A stretch of 13,817 bases of DNA from Octopus sinensis (GCF_006345805.1 NW_021825975.1:1-13817); one strand, 5' to 3'; positions 1-8,443 are shown, counted from the stretch's first letter. Notes: generated by a model not told the origin, from the letters alone. Made by a program: numbers and translations.

Positions 1-19
1 CACCACAACTCGACACAAA

Positions 20-255
20 GAGGAAGTCAGCCAAAGTGGAGAATAACAATGGTTCGACATTTCAGGACTAAAAGTAAAGAACGGAAGGTCTGGTTTTAGC
101 TACACAAGATCAATGGTTTGCCAGAAATGAAGGAACAAAATAATGGAAGAAGAGGCCAATAGCGAAAAGATTCTATGAAATTAGAGCAACAAAATGAACG
201 ACGACTTCATTTCTGTCTGGCCAGTCCATGCAATGTTGGAATATATTGACAAAAA
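20..255 (+). mobile_element. Degenerate R4/Dong-like non-LTR retrotransposon fragment (between RT and CCHC knuckle)
   Basis: Manual translation gives QWFDISGLK (47-73), a frameshift, then TEGLVLATQDQ (81-113), and further on DFISVWPVHAMLEYID. This follows the R4/Dong-type pattern QWL..SGLK.ETEG.I.AAQDQ...DHI.SGCP.LA..EY. Stops and frameshifts are present. Confidence 0.75.
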
Positions 256-429
256 CTGCTGATTCAGGAGCTTTATATATTAAAGTGTATGTCAGCGCCT
301 CGACATGGGGAGGTGATTGCTATTAGAATGTACAAGACACGGAATATGTAATCGATTTGGTTACAATAAGCTGGGATATGTCTGACAGGACTCACAATGA
401 GATGTAGGTTGAATCGTCGAAATATAATT

Positions 430-1215
430 AACAACGACAAAGTGAAATGAAAGTTTTGCGGTCTGTTAGACATAACGAACTCTTGTGATCGAAATATTTC
501 TAGAATATACATACATACCACCAAACGTCTACTTTGTGATAGAAAGCGTCGACTCTGCTATACTGGTGTCGAAGATATCACGGACATCATCAGCAACTGC
601 TCCAAAATAACTACGAGGTACCACCAGTCCCTGAGGCATGGCATAGATGCAAAGAGTATTTATAACGCTCTCGGCACGAAGAACTACCCTGAGGTATACA
701 TGAAAGGCATGTCAGAACCAGCAGGTATTCACACCTTTAAAAACAAGGAACACTAGTGAAACGCCTCAATAAAAGCATCAATTCATTGCAAATATAATAG
801 ACCTGATTTTGTTCTGCGAAACAAGAAACAATAGTCATCCACTCAACAAGAGTGAATATGGAAAATTGTAGTGGGTATGGCATCAAACTTTGGGATTCAG
901 AGTTGTACCATTACCCGAACAAGTTGTCATGGACCGAATATATTATTCTCTCCATCTCGAGTAAGGAAGCAATACTGTAAGAAGTCAGAGTCCAAGGATC
1001 CACAAGTTTTCAATATCTTACCAAAAGAAATCGTCAGAACTGTTCGCATCGTAGATGTGGATGCAAACAAAAGTCACTGAAACCTTTCTCTTAGATTCTA
1101 GGAGAAAGGGCTTTGGAAATACAAATAGATACGCAATTACAAAGTACATATAGTTCCAGTAACAGTTTGAGCCAATTTCATCGTTTGAGTCAGTTCCGTA
1201 GGCACCTAGGACAAG
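430..1215 (+). mobile_element. Degenerate RLE-clade (R4/Dong-like) LINE 3' ORF: CCHC knuckle plus restriction-like endonuclease
   Basis: Frame 1 from 535 reads CDRKRRLCYTGVEDITDIISNCSKITTRYHQSLRH (decayed CRLC..EDITHIIS.C...RH knuckle), then KEH**NASIK (ancestral EYWW), KYNRPDFVL (796-807 = NRPD), RIVDV...EK..KYK and IVPVTV*A (VPIIVGA). Several in-frame stops. ORF 871-1080 is part of this remnant. Confidence 0.8.
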
Positions 1216-1311
1216 TCCATCTCATCAGTTCTGTAGAAACAAACTTGTATAAAATATATAACTTATACCAAATGTGTTGAGTGGTACTTTATTACCTTTC
1301 TCCCCCTACTC

Positions 1312-1313
<2 letters not shown>

Positions 1314-1354
<41 letters not shown>

Positions 1355-1381
1355 CACACATACATATGTACACACACACGC
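1314..1381. repeat. (TA)n/(CA)n compound microsatellite
   Basis: Directly visible dinucleotide runs; a second (TA)n lies at ~1525-1544. Confidence 0.95.
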
Positions 1382-1689
1382 ACACTCAGGTGAAGGAACA
1401 ACAAGTAGGTGCATTATTTTAACGCTTGGGAAGAATGGAAAAGCCTCTGACCTTTCGAACCTACGCTGTTTAACAAAAAGGATTTTAAAAAATAAAACAA
1501 GAAAAGAGAGAACGAAATAAAACCCATATATATATATATATATAACCAGTTATGTTGAAGCAGGTGATATGGGAAAGTGCTGCATTGACAAAACATTTGT
1601 GAACTAAACGATGGGCCAGTTCGACAAATCGACATGTCATGTGTCCGCTTGGAGTATTCCAGACCCTAACCAGTCATGGATTATTGGGG

Positions 1690-2290
1690 GTAGGGGTATG
1701 TGATTTTTGAACACACCGTAAAAGTGTCAGTCGATATACTCACCTTTGCGGCGAAAATGCAGAGTTGAAATGCAGAGTTGTATTGTCTGATATTGATCAG
1801 AGAATCCTTTGCCTGGATGGAAGTGCTTTTCAGAAGATCCATAAGAAGTCGAGGGGCTGTTAGTGCTGGCAACTTGATTTGAGCAGACAAATTTGGACAA
1901 AATTATAATTTTTATCAGAATGGGATGGATCATATCTGAAAGCAGCTCCAGGAGTTGTGAAAAAAGAATGTTTACGTAGTCTGTTTCTGAGAGCTTTTCT
2001 ATTTGAAATCATTAAAATGTTGTTTTAATGATCCAGCAATCAGTGATGTCGCATACCTTTGTGGAATTGGGGAAAGTCCCATCTACCTTCTGTATTGTGA
2101 CTCCCACTGATATACTACCCTTTGCCGATTTTGGGAAGGTCTCATCTCCTTTCCCTCTTGAGACTCCATTTGATGTGCTGCAGCATGCTTTTGCTGATCT
2201 TGGGAAAATCACATCTCCCTTTTGTCTCGAGACCCTCGCCTTCGATTTTCTACAATCCTCCTTGCTTTATACTTGTTTCTGGAGAGATTA
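1690..2290 (-). mobile_element. Helitron RepHel N-terminal remnant (STPR-like repeats plus pre-Rep conserved motifs)
   Basis: The - strand reads GSRDKREM*FSQDQQKHAAAHQM / ESQEGKEMRPSQNRQRVVYQW / ESQYRR*MGLSPIPQRYATSLIA (23, 21 and 23 aa). After a frameshift it reads GAAFRYDP...VQI, then IKLPALTAPRLLMDLL...SLINIRQYNSAFQLCIFAAKV...TFTV. This matches the Helitron motif order AFRYDP - KVKLP - FLKNIRKYNS.FQMTSFGA - TFKVQG. The zinc-binding segment between VQI and KLP appears deleted, and the Rep catalytic and helicase domains are absent. Confidence 0.85.
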
Positions 2291-2421
2291 CGCCTATTAT
2301 TTGGTGGTATATTTTTTTCAATATTGTAAACAAAAAATTATGAACATAGAAAATATTATACATTAATCTCTATTTTTGCCAGCAGTTGTATGTAATATGT
2401 CTTTATTTTTTCAGGCAGTAT

Positions 2422-2643
2422 AAATTAACCAAATAGAAGCAAATTAACCAAACAGAAGCCAATGTTTGAAGAGCTAATTGAACGGTAAATGCCACAATAA
2501 TTATTATAGATAAATTTCTAAATTTATATATATTAAGCATATTATTAAATGTCAAATTAAGGGTTAATCTGTACCTGTAAGTACGTTGCAACCTTGCAAC
2601 TGCTGCGATAATCATTAACTGGTAATTGAACGGTAAATGTCAC
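2422..2643. repeat. Short direct repeats in the putative Helitron 5' untranslated region
   Basis: 19-bp tandem pair AAATTAACCAAA(T/C)AGAAGC at 2422-2440 and 2441-2459. 21-bp direct repeat TAATTGAACGGTAAATG(C/T)CAC at 2475-2495 and 2623-2643. Confidence 0.85.
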
Positions 2644-3059
2644 CTCAATGTTCTTTGACAAGAGTTTCACCTCCAGCCGTTCGTTATGTCAGTCAACACA
2701 CAGACGCTGACACACCATTCTGCTGTCGTGACCGTAAAAACGCTAAGTTGCCGATACTTAATGTTGTTCACATTAGGAATTATTTTACATTTATTCCTTT
2801 CAAATAAAATAGAAATAAGATGATTTTAGTGTTATCACGTTAGAATTAAAAGTGAAAGTATAAAAGTGAAACAATAGAATTAAAAGTAAATGTGAACGAA
2901 AGTGGGAGAATATTATAGGCTTATCACATCAGGATTAAAATCGAAAGAATAAAACTGAAACAATATTATATCACATTACAATATAGCTCTTATTCTTTCA
3001 CTTTTGACACCTAAAACCGAACCAGTGCCAATGTTATTTTGCTTTAATCCAAATGAAAA

Positions 3060-3184
3060 AAAATAATTTACAAGTTGACACAATATTTCCTTGCAAAATT
3101 TGAATTGATTTCGGTCGAGCCATTTGAGAATGTATAGGGGACAGACAGAGAAACTGAGTGACAAAGCATTTTATGTATATAGGA
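3060..3184 (-). mobile_element. Helitron-type 5' terminus, copy 1
   Basis: The reverse complement begins TCCTATATACATAAAATGC, followed by a (CTGT) microrepeat and CCGAAATCAATTCAAATTTTG. This resembles the common animal Helitron 5' end TCTATATATATAAAA..(CTGT)n..CCGAT..AAATTT, and the orientation matches the ORF remnant at 1690-2290. Confidence 0.55.
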
Positions 3185-3399
3185 ACAAAACGCCCCACGT
3201 CCAATGGTCGGTGCTGAGTTGTCAAACATTTAAACTGAATTTTCTCAAAACTACTTGTCCGACCGTCCCATAGGCCTCCCCTTTGAGAAGCACTGATTTA
3301 ACCTAAATTTGAGACACCAGCAAAAGAAGAAATAACAATAGACTTTTTTTCTATTCCAAAGAAAAACGGTTTCCCACTGCTTTATCACCTGGAATTGAT

Positions 3400-3557
3400 T
3401 TTGTAATTTTTCAAGACTTATACATGCTCTGATACCGTCGGTATCTACATATCAAATTTGAGCGCAATCGGATGGAAGATGCCCGAGATCCTAGAAGCCA
3501 CACACACAGACAGACAAACAAAACGGATTTTATATAATATATATATATATATATATA
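3400..3557 (-). mobile_element. Helitron-type 5' terminus, copy 2 (end blurred by a (TA)n expansion)
   Basis: The reverse complement reads (TA)n-ATAAAATCCGTTTTGTTTGTCTGTCTGTGTG...CCGATTGCGCTCAAATTTG, the same layout as copy 1. It contains a 15-bp palindrome GATACCG-T-CGGTATC at 3431-3445. Confidence 0.6.
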
Positions 3558-4854
3558 CACGTTTGTATGAGTGTGTCTGCGTATGTATGTGTGTGTATAT
3601 GATGTGTGCTGTGTTTTGTGCATTTAGAATATGTTATGGTGAACATTATTAATATATATAGCCAATATACATTATATATAAATCCTACAGGGTTGATTCT
3701 AAATTTTGCAACAGTTAGTGACTTTAGAAGCTCAGGGACCCCCTAAAATCTCATTTCTTTCACTTAAACCACAACTCGTAAACGGAATATTCAAGGGAGT
3801 CCTCATGAGGTCGATATAACTTTACCAAATATTTTTTATCCCGTTTCTGCAATGTCAAATTGTTCCAATCGTTCCGGGCCATAAAAAGCACAAACATAAG
3901 ATTCCAGTACAAACGGGGAAACAGGATTATTTAAATATTCAACATCCGTAAACTTTCAACGTTTATAGATGAAGGCTTAGAGGAAGGCTTTTAAGGGCTT
4001 TTCTTTCTTTTTAATCATGGATTGTTTCTTTTTTTCCTGAACATCAGTAAAGGCAGCGTCAGTTCTTTTTCTCAAATATCTTCCATTTTGCACCAGAAAA
4101 GCCGTGATCTACTTATTTATCGTTACGCATCATTTGTTAGAGTTAACCATGCGAATAATTCTAAAACCATTAACGATACAGAGTTGTGCAGCGTGTCAAA
4201 GATATAGCAGCGTAAGAAATTTTTATATAAAGAATATGTATTTAATCTTAGGAGAGAAAGTAATGATATGTATGGCACCAACACAGCTATAGTAGATGAG
4301 GCAGTGAAAATAGAATATCCTGCTGCCTCGCCTATAGACACAGCTAAATCATTTGGGAGACAAAACTCTTCGAGACCTGAGACAGAGATCCTCGTATGAA
4401 TGTACAGAGAATATAACATTGATGATATCATTAGCACGCGCAGGCGAAGAAGTAAAAATAAAATAATATAAAATATGGCCAACTTTGTGTATGAACTTTG
4501 AACCAAATCCATAATAAGTTCTAGATAAGTGATACTTTTTTAGTGAAACACGTTCAGCGAAGAATTTCTTCAAACAGAAATGTCGAAATGAAACATGATA
4601 TGGAAAATTTATTTTGAGCAAAAATCCATAAACCGCGTGATGATAAGAATGAGGAGCTGACCTCGACTTTTTCTAAGATATTTTAGATGTCATGTAGACA
4701 ACACCAGCAGAACCGCAGAGTTGTTCATGTTTATAAATCTAAATGTTATCTCTTCTTTGCCTCTCTTTTACTGATTTTTCTTCTGTTTATTGTTCTCCCG
4801 GCATATATTTAATGTTTCTTTAAATGCCAACGAAAATATCTACACCGATGTCGA

Positions 4855-4916
4855 CATATATACATACATACGCACTCACACACATGTATATATATGTATG
4901 CATACATATATATATA

Positions 4917-4953
<37 letters not shown>

Positions 4954-4964
4954 ATATATATATA

Positions 4965-5008
<44 letters not shown>

Positions 5009-5118
5009 TGAAAGAGAGAAGAGGGGTGAAAGAAAAAGATAGGTCTGTAAGTATGTATGTAAGCGGGGAGATATAAAGAGAAAAATAAATAGAAAACGCA
5101 CGGGTGAGAGAGAGAGGA

Positions 5119-5169
<51 letters not shown>

Positions 5170-5185
5170 AGAAGAAGAGAGACAC
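4855..5185. repeat. (TA)n followed by (GA)n compound microsatellite
   Basis: Directly visible; explains ORFs 4790-4978, 4824-5042 and 4952-5185. Confidence 0.95.
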
Positions 5186-5640
5186 GAAAAGAAATACTAA
5201 GAGAACAGTGTGAGAGTGAGAGAGATTAATGCAAGGTCAAGAATAGAAACGATAGTGTGATTTCTCTTGCATGATAACGTCCAACTATTTAGCAGTAGCA
5301 ACACTGGCGTTGTCTCATAAACATTAGATTTTCTTTTCATTATTCCAGATGCGAATAAGAGTTTATTTCCGAACGAAATAATAGGTTTATATCTCTGGTA
5401 AACTCAAGGTCAAATACAGCAGACTATTGCACATAACGGACTGATTCAACGGCAGTAAATAATTGGTGACGGAAAGAGACGTGGAGGCCTTGGGTACTAT
5501 TGCTTCTTGTAGATCTAAATGATGATGGTGATGAGGATGATAATAATATCATGAACAACAATCGTAAAGTAGCCCAAGAAATTGAGGATTACAACAAAAG
5601 GCAAAACATAACACAGAAAAGTTGGAATTGAAATCGATCA

Positions 5641-5670
5641 AAATAATAATAATAATGGTAATAATAATAA
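5641..5670. repeat. (TAA)n microsatellite
   Basis: AAATAATAATAATAATGGTAATAATAATAA. Confidence 0.9.
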
Positions 5671-5845
5671 CGTTTTGTCTTGGTGTAAGAGAGATGGGTT
5701 ACAGCAAATATTCTGCTCAATACCACAGTTTTACTTGTCAGTTGTTTGACCTTAAACAGTTGAGCATGTCCCTTAGTGGCTGATGGTATGTGCATCTCTG
5801 ATCATGAGCAGGTGTAGTGGGGAAGTATCATAGCTGTGTGTTGGG
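5671..5845 (-). mobile_element. Fragment of an abundant interspersed repeat (probably retroelement-derived)
   Basis: The stretch TTCTGCTCAATACCACAG...GAGCATGTCCCTTAGTGGCTGA...GTGCATCTCTGATCA matches a high-copy octopus repeat I recall. No protein motif is recognisable, so the family is unassigned and the call is unverified. Confidence 0.4.
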
Positions 5846-6135
5846 AAGAAGAAGAAGAAGGAGGAGAAGAAGAAGAAGAAGAAGAAGAAGAAGAAGAAAA
5901 AGAAGAAGACGAAGAAGAAGAAAAATGTGAAGATGAAGATGAAGAAGAACAAGAACAAGAAGGAGAAAAAGAAAAGAAAGGGAAGGAGGAGTAGGAGGAA
6001 GGGAAGAAGGAATAGAAGAAGAAAAAGAAGAAGAAGAAGAAGAAGAAGAAGAAGAAGAAGAGGGATTTGTAGAAGGAGAAGAAGAAGGAAAAGAAAATCG
6101 AGAAGAAGCAAATGGAGAAGAAGAAGAGCAAGAAA
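5843..6135 (+). repeat. Degenerate (GAA)n polypurine tract, ~290 bp
   Basis: GAA/GGA/AAG runs with few pyrimidines; source of the poly-F/L/S/R ORFs on both strands. Confidence 0.95.
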
Positions 6136-6665
6136 GTGTAGAGCGTGTGCAGTTTGGGATGCAACAATAGCAGACGTTGTTGCAGAATATCCCAAGTTGG
6201 CTCAGGGAGAATAGAAGAAACGGAGGCATGAGCAAGTTTTTGCCCTGGAAGCTTTGTCAGAAATGAGACTTTGAGGCTGGCGGCTATTGTGTTGAAAGAG
6301 TGCTTGAGTCAGAGAAATGCAAAATTCCATCGGCTCTCCCTATTCAATGGACAAAATAATAAACCAAACGTGACAGTAATAAACAAGGAAAAGCGAAATT
6401 GCTTACGGATTTATCCATCATGTCCGTTTGAATGAAGGATTGTAAAGAAAGAAGAAAAATTAAGGAACTACAGTCCCTTACACTGTGAGAAAAGATAAGA
6501 CAAAGTGGAATAAAATGTCCTAATTTCAACAGAAAGTCTGCCTCTTTAGAGACAGGAAACATTATGAGACGGGTTTTGAACACTTGGAAGATTATTGAAA
6601 GTTTGTGGATACTTAAGGTTACAGGGGACAGACCCCTACCCACATAAATTCTACCAAGAATAACA
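6134..6665 (+). mobile_element. 5'-truncated R4/Dong-like LINE: CCHC, RLE, C-terminus and putative 3' UTR
   Basis: With frameshifts it reads KCRACAVWDATIADVVAEYPKLAQGE*KKRRH (KCR.C....ETIAH.V.ECPKLAQ.EYK.RH), WKLCQK, ERVLESEKCKI, KPNVTVINKEKRNCL...SCPFE*RIVKKEEK..NYSPL, and QKVCL.ETGNIMRRVL (QK..LLGTA.ILRRVL). Confidence 0.85.
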
Positions 6666-6691
6666 GACCTAAAACAAATCAAATAATAAAG

Positions 6692-7275
6692 ACAGAAGCT
6701 GTAACTGAGGGAGAAGATGTCATGATTCTTTGAGACTTTCCTGTAAAAACAGAAAGAACTCGCAAAGCTAATTAACTGGATAATATTGTGGAAGAGCAAA
6801 ATAATAAAGTCTGTTTATTGATCGGCGTGAATTTTCTTTGCGATCATAATGTCTCGGCAAAACTATTTGACAAGCTCAGGAAATATAAGGATTTGCTCAT
6901 TGAAATCGAAAAAACGTGGCATCTCAAGGAGCTAACAATATCAGTAATTGTAGGAGTACTTGGAATATTGAATAAATAAATAAATAAATAAAGGGAGCGA
7001 AAATTGATTGAGAATGATCCTGGCTTACCATCCATGCAAAAAATGCAAAAGATTATTTTAACTGGTGCGTTACAAGTGTTGAGAAGATCAATGTCGCTGT
7101 GAGAACGCTAAGCTTCCATGTAAATATATATTTTTTATAGAAATTTTGTACACGACCGAAACTGGTTCGTTTATTTGAATGTTTTTTTTTTTCCAATGTG
7201 TAGAGTGAGTTTCTTTGCCCTAGGTGTAAGGTATGACACCCGGCAAGTCACTGAAGGAAGATTGACGAAGAAAAA
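6692..7275 (+). mobile_element. Second 5'-truncated R4/Dong-like LINE (different subfamily): RLE domain, C-terminus and putative 3' UTR
   Basis: A single frame from 6692 to 7102 reads TEAVTEGEDVMIL*DFPVKTERTRKAN*LDNIV...VCLLIGVNFLCDHNVSAKLFDKLRKYKDLLIEIEKTWHLK..ISVIVGVLG...PGLPSMQKMQKIILTGALQVLRRSMSL*. This is the RLE pattern ILWDF..T.R...NRPD..CLLID..D.N...E..K..KY.DL..EI...W...PVIVGALG. An (AAAT)n insert lies at 6971-6991, and the putative 3' UTR runs to the triplet tract. Confidence 0.9.
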
Positions 7276-7309
7276 CTACTACTTACTACTACTACTACTA
7301 CTACTACTA

Positions 7310-7340
<31 letters not shown>

Positions 7341-7436
7341 TTGCTGCTGTTGCTGCTACAGCCGCCGCTGCTGCCGCTGCTGCCGCTGCTGCCGCCGCTG
7401 CCGCCGCTGCCGCCGCTGCCGCCGCTGCCGCCGCTG

Positions 7437-7493
<57 letters not shown>

Positions 7494-7627
7494 TTGCTAC
7501 TGCTGCTGCTGCTGTTGCTACTGCCGCCGCTGCTGCTGCTACTACTCCTACTCCTCCTCCTCCTCCTCCTCCTCCTCCTCCTCCTCCTCCTACTACTACT
7601 ACTACTACTACTAAAAATAATAATAAT
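7275..7627. repeat. Compound in-phase trinucleotide repeat (CTA)n-(CTG)n-(GCC/GCT)n-(CTA)n-(CTG)n-(CCT)n-(CTA)n-(AAT)n
   Basis: Directly visible; includes (GCCGCCGCT)x5 at 7391-7435. Confidence 0.95.
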
Positions 7628-7816
7628 CCTTTCTACTGGAAGCACAAGACCTCAAATTTGGGGAAGGGATTAAGTCAATTACAGCAACCCCAGTGCGTAA
7701 CTGGTACTTATTTAATCGACCCCGAAAGGATGAAGGGTAAAGTCGACCTCGACGTAATTTGAACTCAGAATGTAAAGACGGACGAAATGCCGCTAAGCAC
7801 TTCGTCCGGCGTGCTA
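7616..7816 (-). mobile_element. tRNA-derived SINE, family A, copy 1; (ATT)n tail, first ~20 nt of head missing
   Basis: On the - strand: B-box GAGTTCAAATT, then GAGGTCGACTTTACCCTTCATCCTTTCGGGGTCGATTAAATAAGTACCAGT, ending GAAAGGATTATTATTATT. Homologous to three other copies in this window. Confidence 0.85.
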
Positions 7817-7817
7817 G

Positions 7818-7957
7818 ACTTGAGTGGCACTTTATTACATTAACACCCGGAGGGATGAAATGCAAAATTAATGCGGGCGGGATCTGAACTCAGTATCTAA
7901 AAATCTAGAACAAATGACTCATGGACATCTTTCCACATTTGCCAGGTCATCGCCCTT
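7818..7957 (-). mobile_element. SINE family A, copy 2 (diverged, 3'-truncated)
   Basis: On the - strand: head GGGCGATGACCTGGCAAAT (A-box-like), B-box GAGTTCAGATCCC, and core TTTCATCCCTCCGGGTG...AATAAAGTGCCACTCAAGT aligning to copy 1. Confidence 0.7.
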
Positions 7958-7959
7958 AA

Positions 7960-8095
7960 GAGTTAACCATTTTGAAGGGAAAACGTGAACCTATATTATC
8001 GTCCGCAGTGCCTCACCAGTATTATATTTTATGGGCCCAAGAATGAACGGTAGAGCAGATCTCCTTGGGATTTGAACTCAACAGATTCGAATTCA
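7960..8095 (-). mobile_element. SINE family A, copy 3 (most diverged)
   Basis: B-box GAGTTCAAATCCC on the - strand; the + strand CCAGTATTATATTTTATGGGCCCAAGAATGAACGGTAGAG aligns loosely to the copy 1 core. Confidence 0.55.
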
Positions 8096-8199
8096 GAACT
8101 TGTTATTGATGTTAAAAATAGATGCTAAATCTCCCTCAAGTTAACCACAAGAGAAAAGGAAAGCAAAATTGGATGATGTAGCCTACGTACTGAGATTAA

Positions 8200-8287
8200 A
8201 ACGGCGTGATTATTTCGATTGGAATGACTTTGATCATAGATTCCTCTATTGTCTCTGACCTAGGGCTAAAGAACAAAGAACAAAAAA
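8200..8287 (+). mobile_element. Probable 3' end of another short retroelement
   Basis: TGACCTAGGGCTAAAGAACAAAGAACAA resembles a GACCTGGGGCTAAACAACAAC tail I recall from cephalopod repeats; unverified. Confidence 0.3.
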
Positions 8288-8294
8288 GTACAGT

Positions 8295-8327
8295 ATGTGT
8301 GTGTATGCGGGAATATATACATATGTG

Positions 8328-8378
<51 letters not shown>

Positions 8379-8440
8379 ATTCTATCTATACACCTTACAT
8401 ACACACATATATATTCATATAGATATATATATATATATAG
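8295..8440. repeat. (TG)/(TATC)n/(TA)n compound microsatellite
   Basis: Directly visible (TATC) array at ~8325-8378. Confidence 0.95.
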
Positions 8441-8443
8441 CGA

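Noticed and set aside
2028-2366. 112-aa ORF with an apparent FADLGK repeat
   Set aside because: It is the antisense shadow of the 69-nt Helitron repeats; the motif-bearing frame is on the - strand.
3242-3295. TTTGAGAAGCACTG resembling a hAT/Charlie-type MITE end, with an 8-bp inverted match TTCTCAAA
   Set aside because: The left end lacks the terminal CAGTG and there is no 8-bp target-site duplication, so the match is too short to call.
5927-6214. Arg-rich 95-aa ORF resembling a protamine
   Set aside because: It is the AGA/AAG reading of the (GAA)n tract joined to a LINE CCHC remnant, and it lacks the Tyr/Ser-Pro pattern of cephalopod protamines.
754-6730. Conserved Trp codons turned to stops (TGG to TAG/TGA at 754-759 and ~6728), suggesting deaminase hypermutation
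   Set aside because: Other Trp codons in the same remnants are intact; three events are compatible with ordinary GC-to-AT drift.
6344-6799. 151-aa hydrophobic - strand ORF
   Set aside because: It is antisense to the two LINE endonuclease remnants.
7175-7762. 195-aa poly-Thr/Ala/Pro ORF
   Set aside because: It runs from a LINE 3' UTR through a triplet microsatellite into an antisense SINE, with no non-repeat coding domain.
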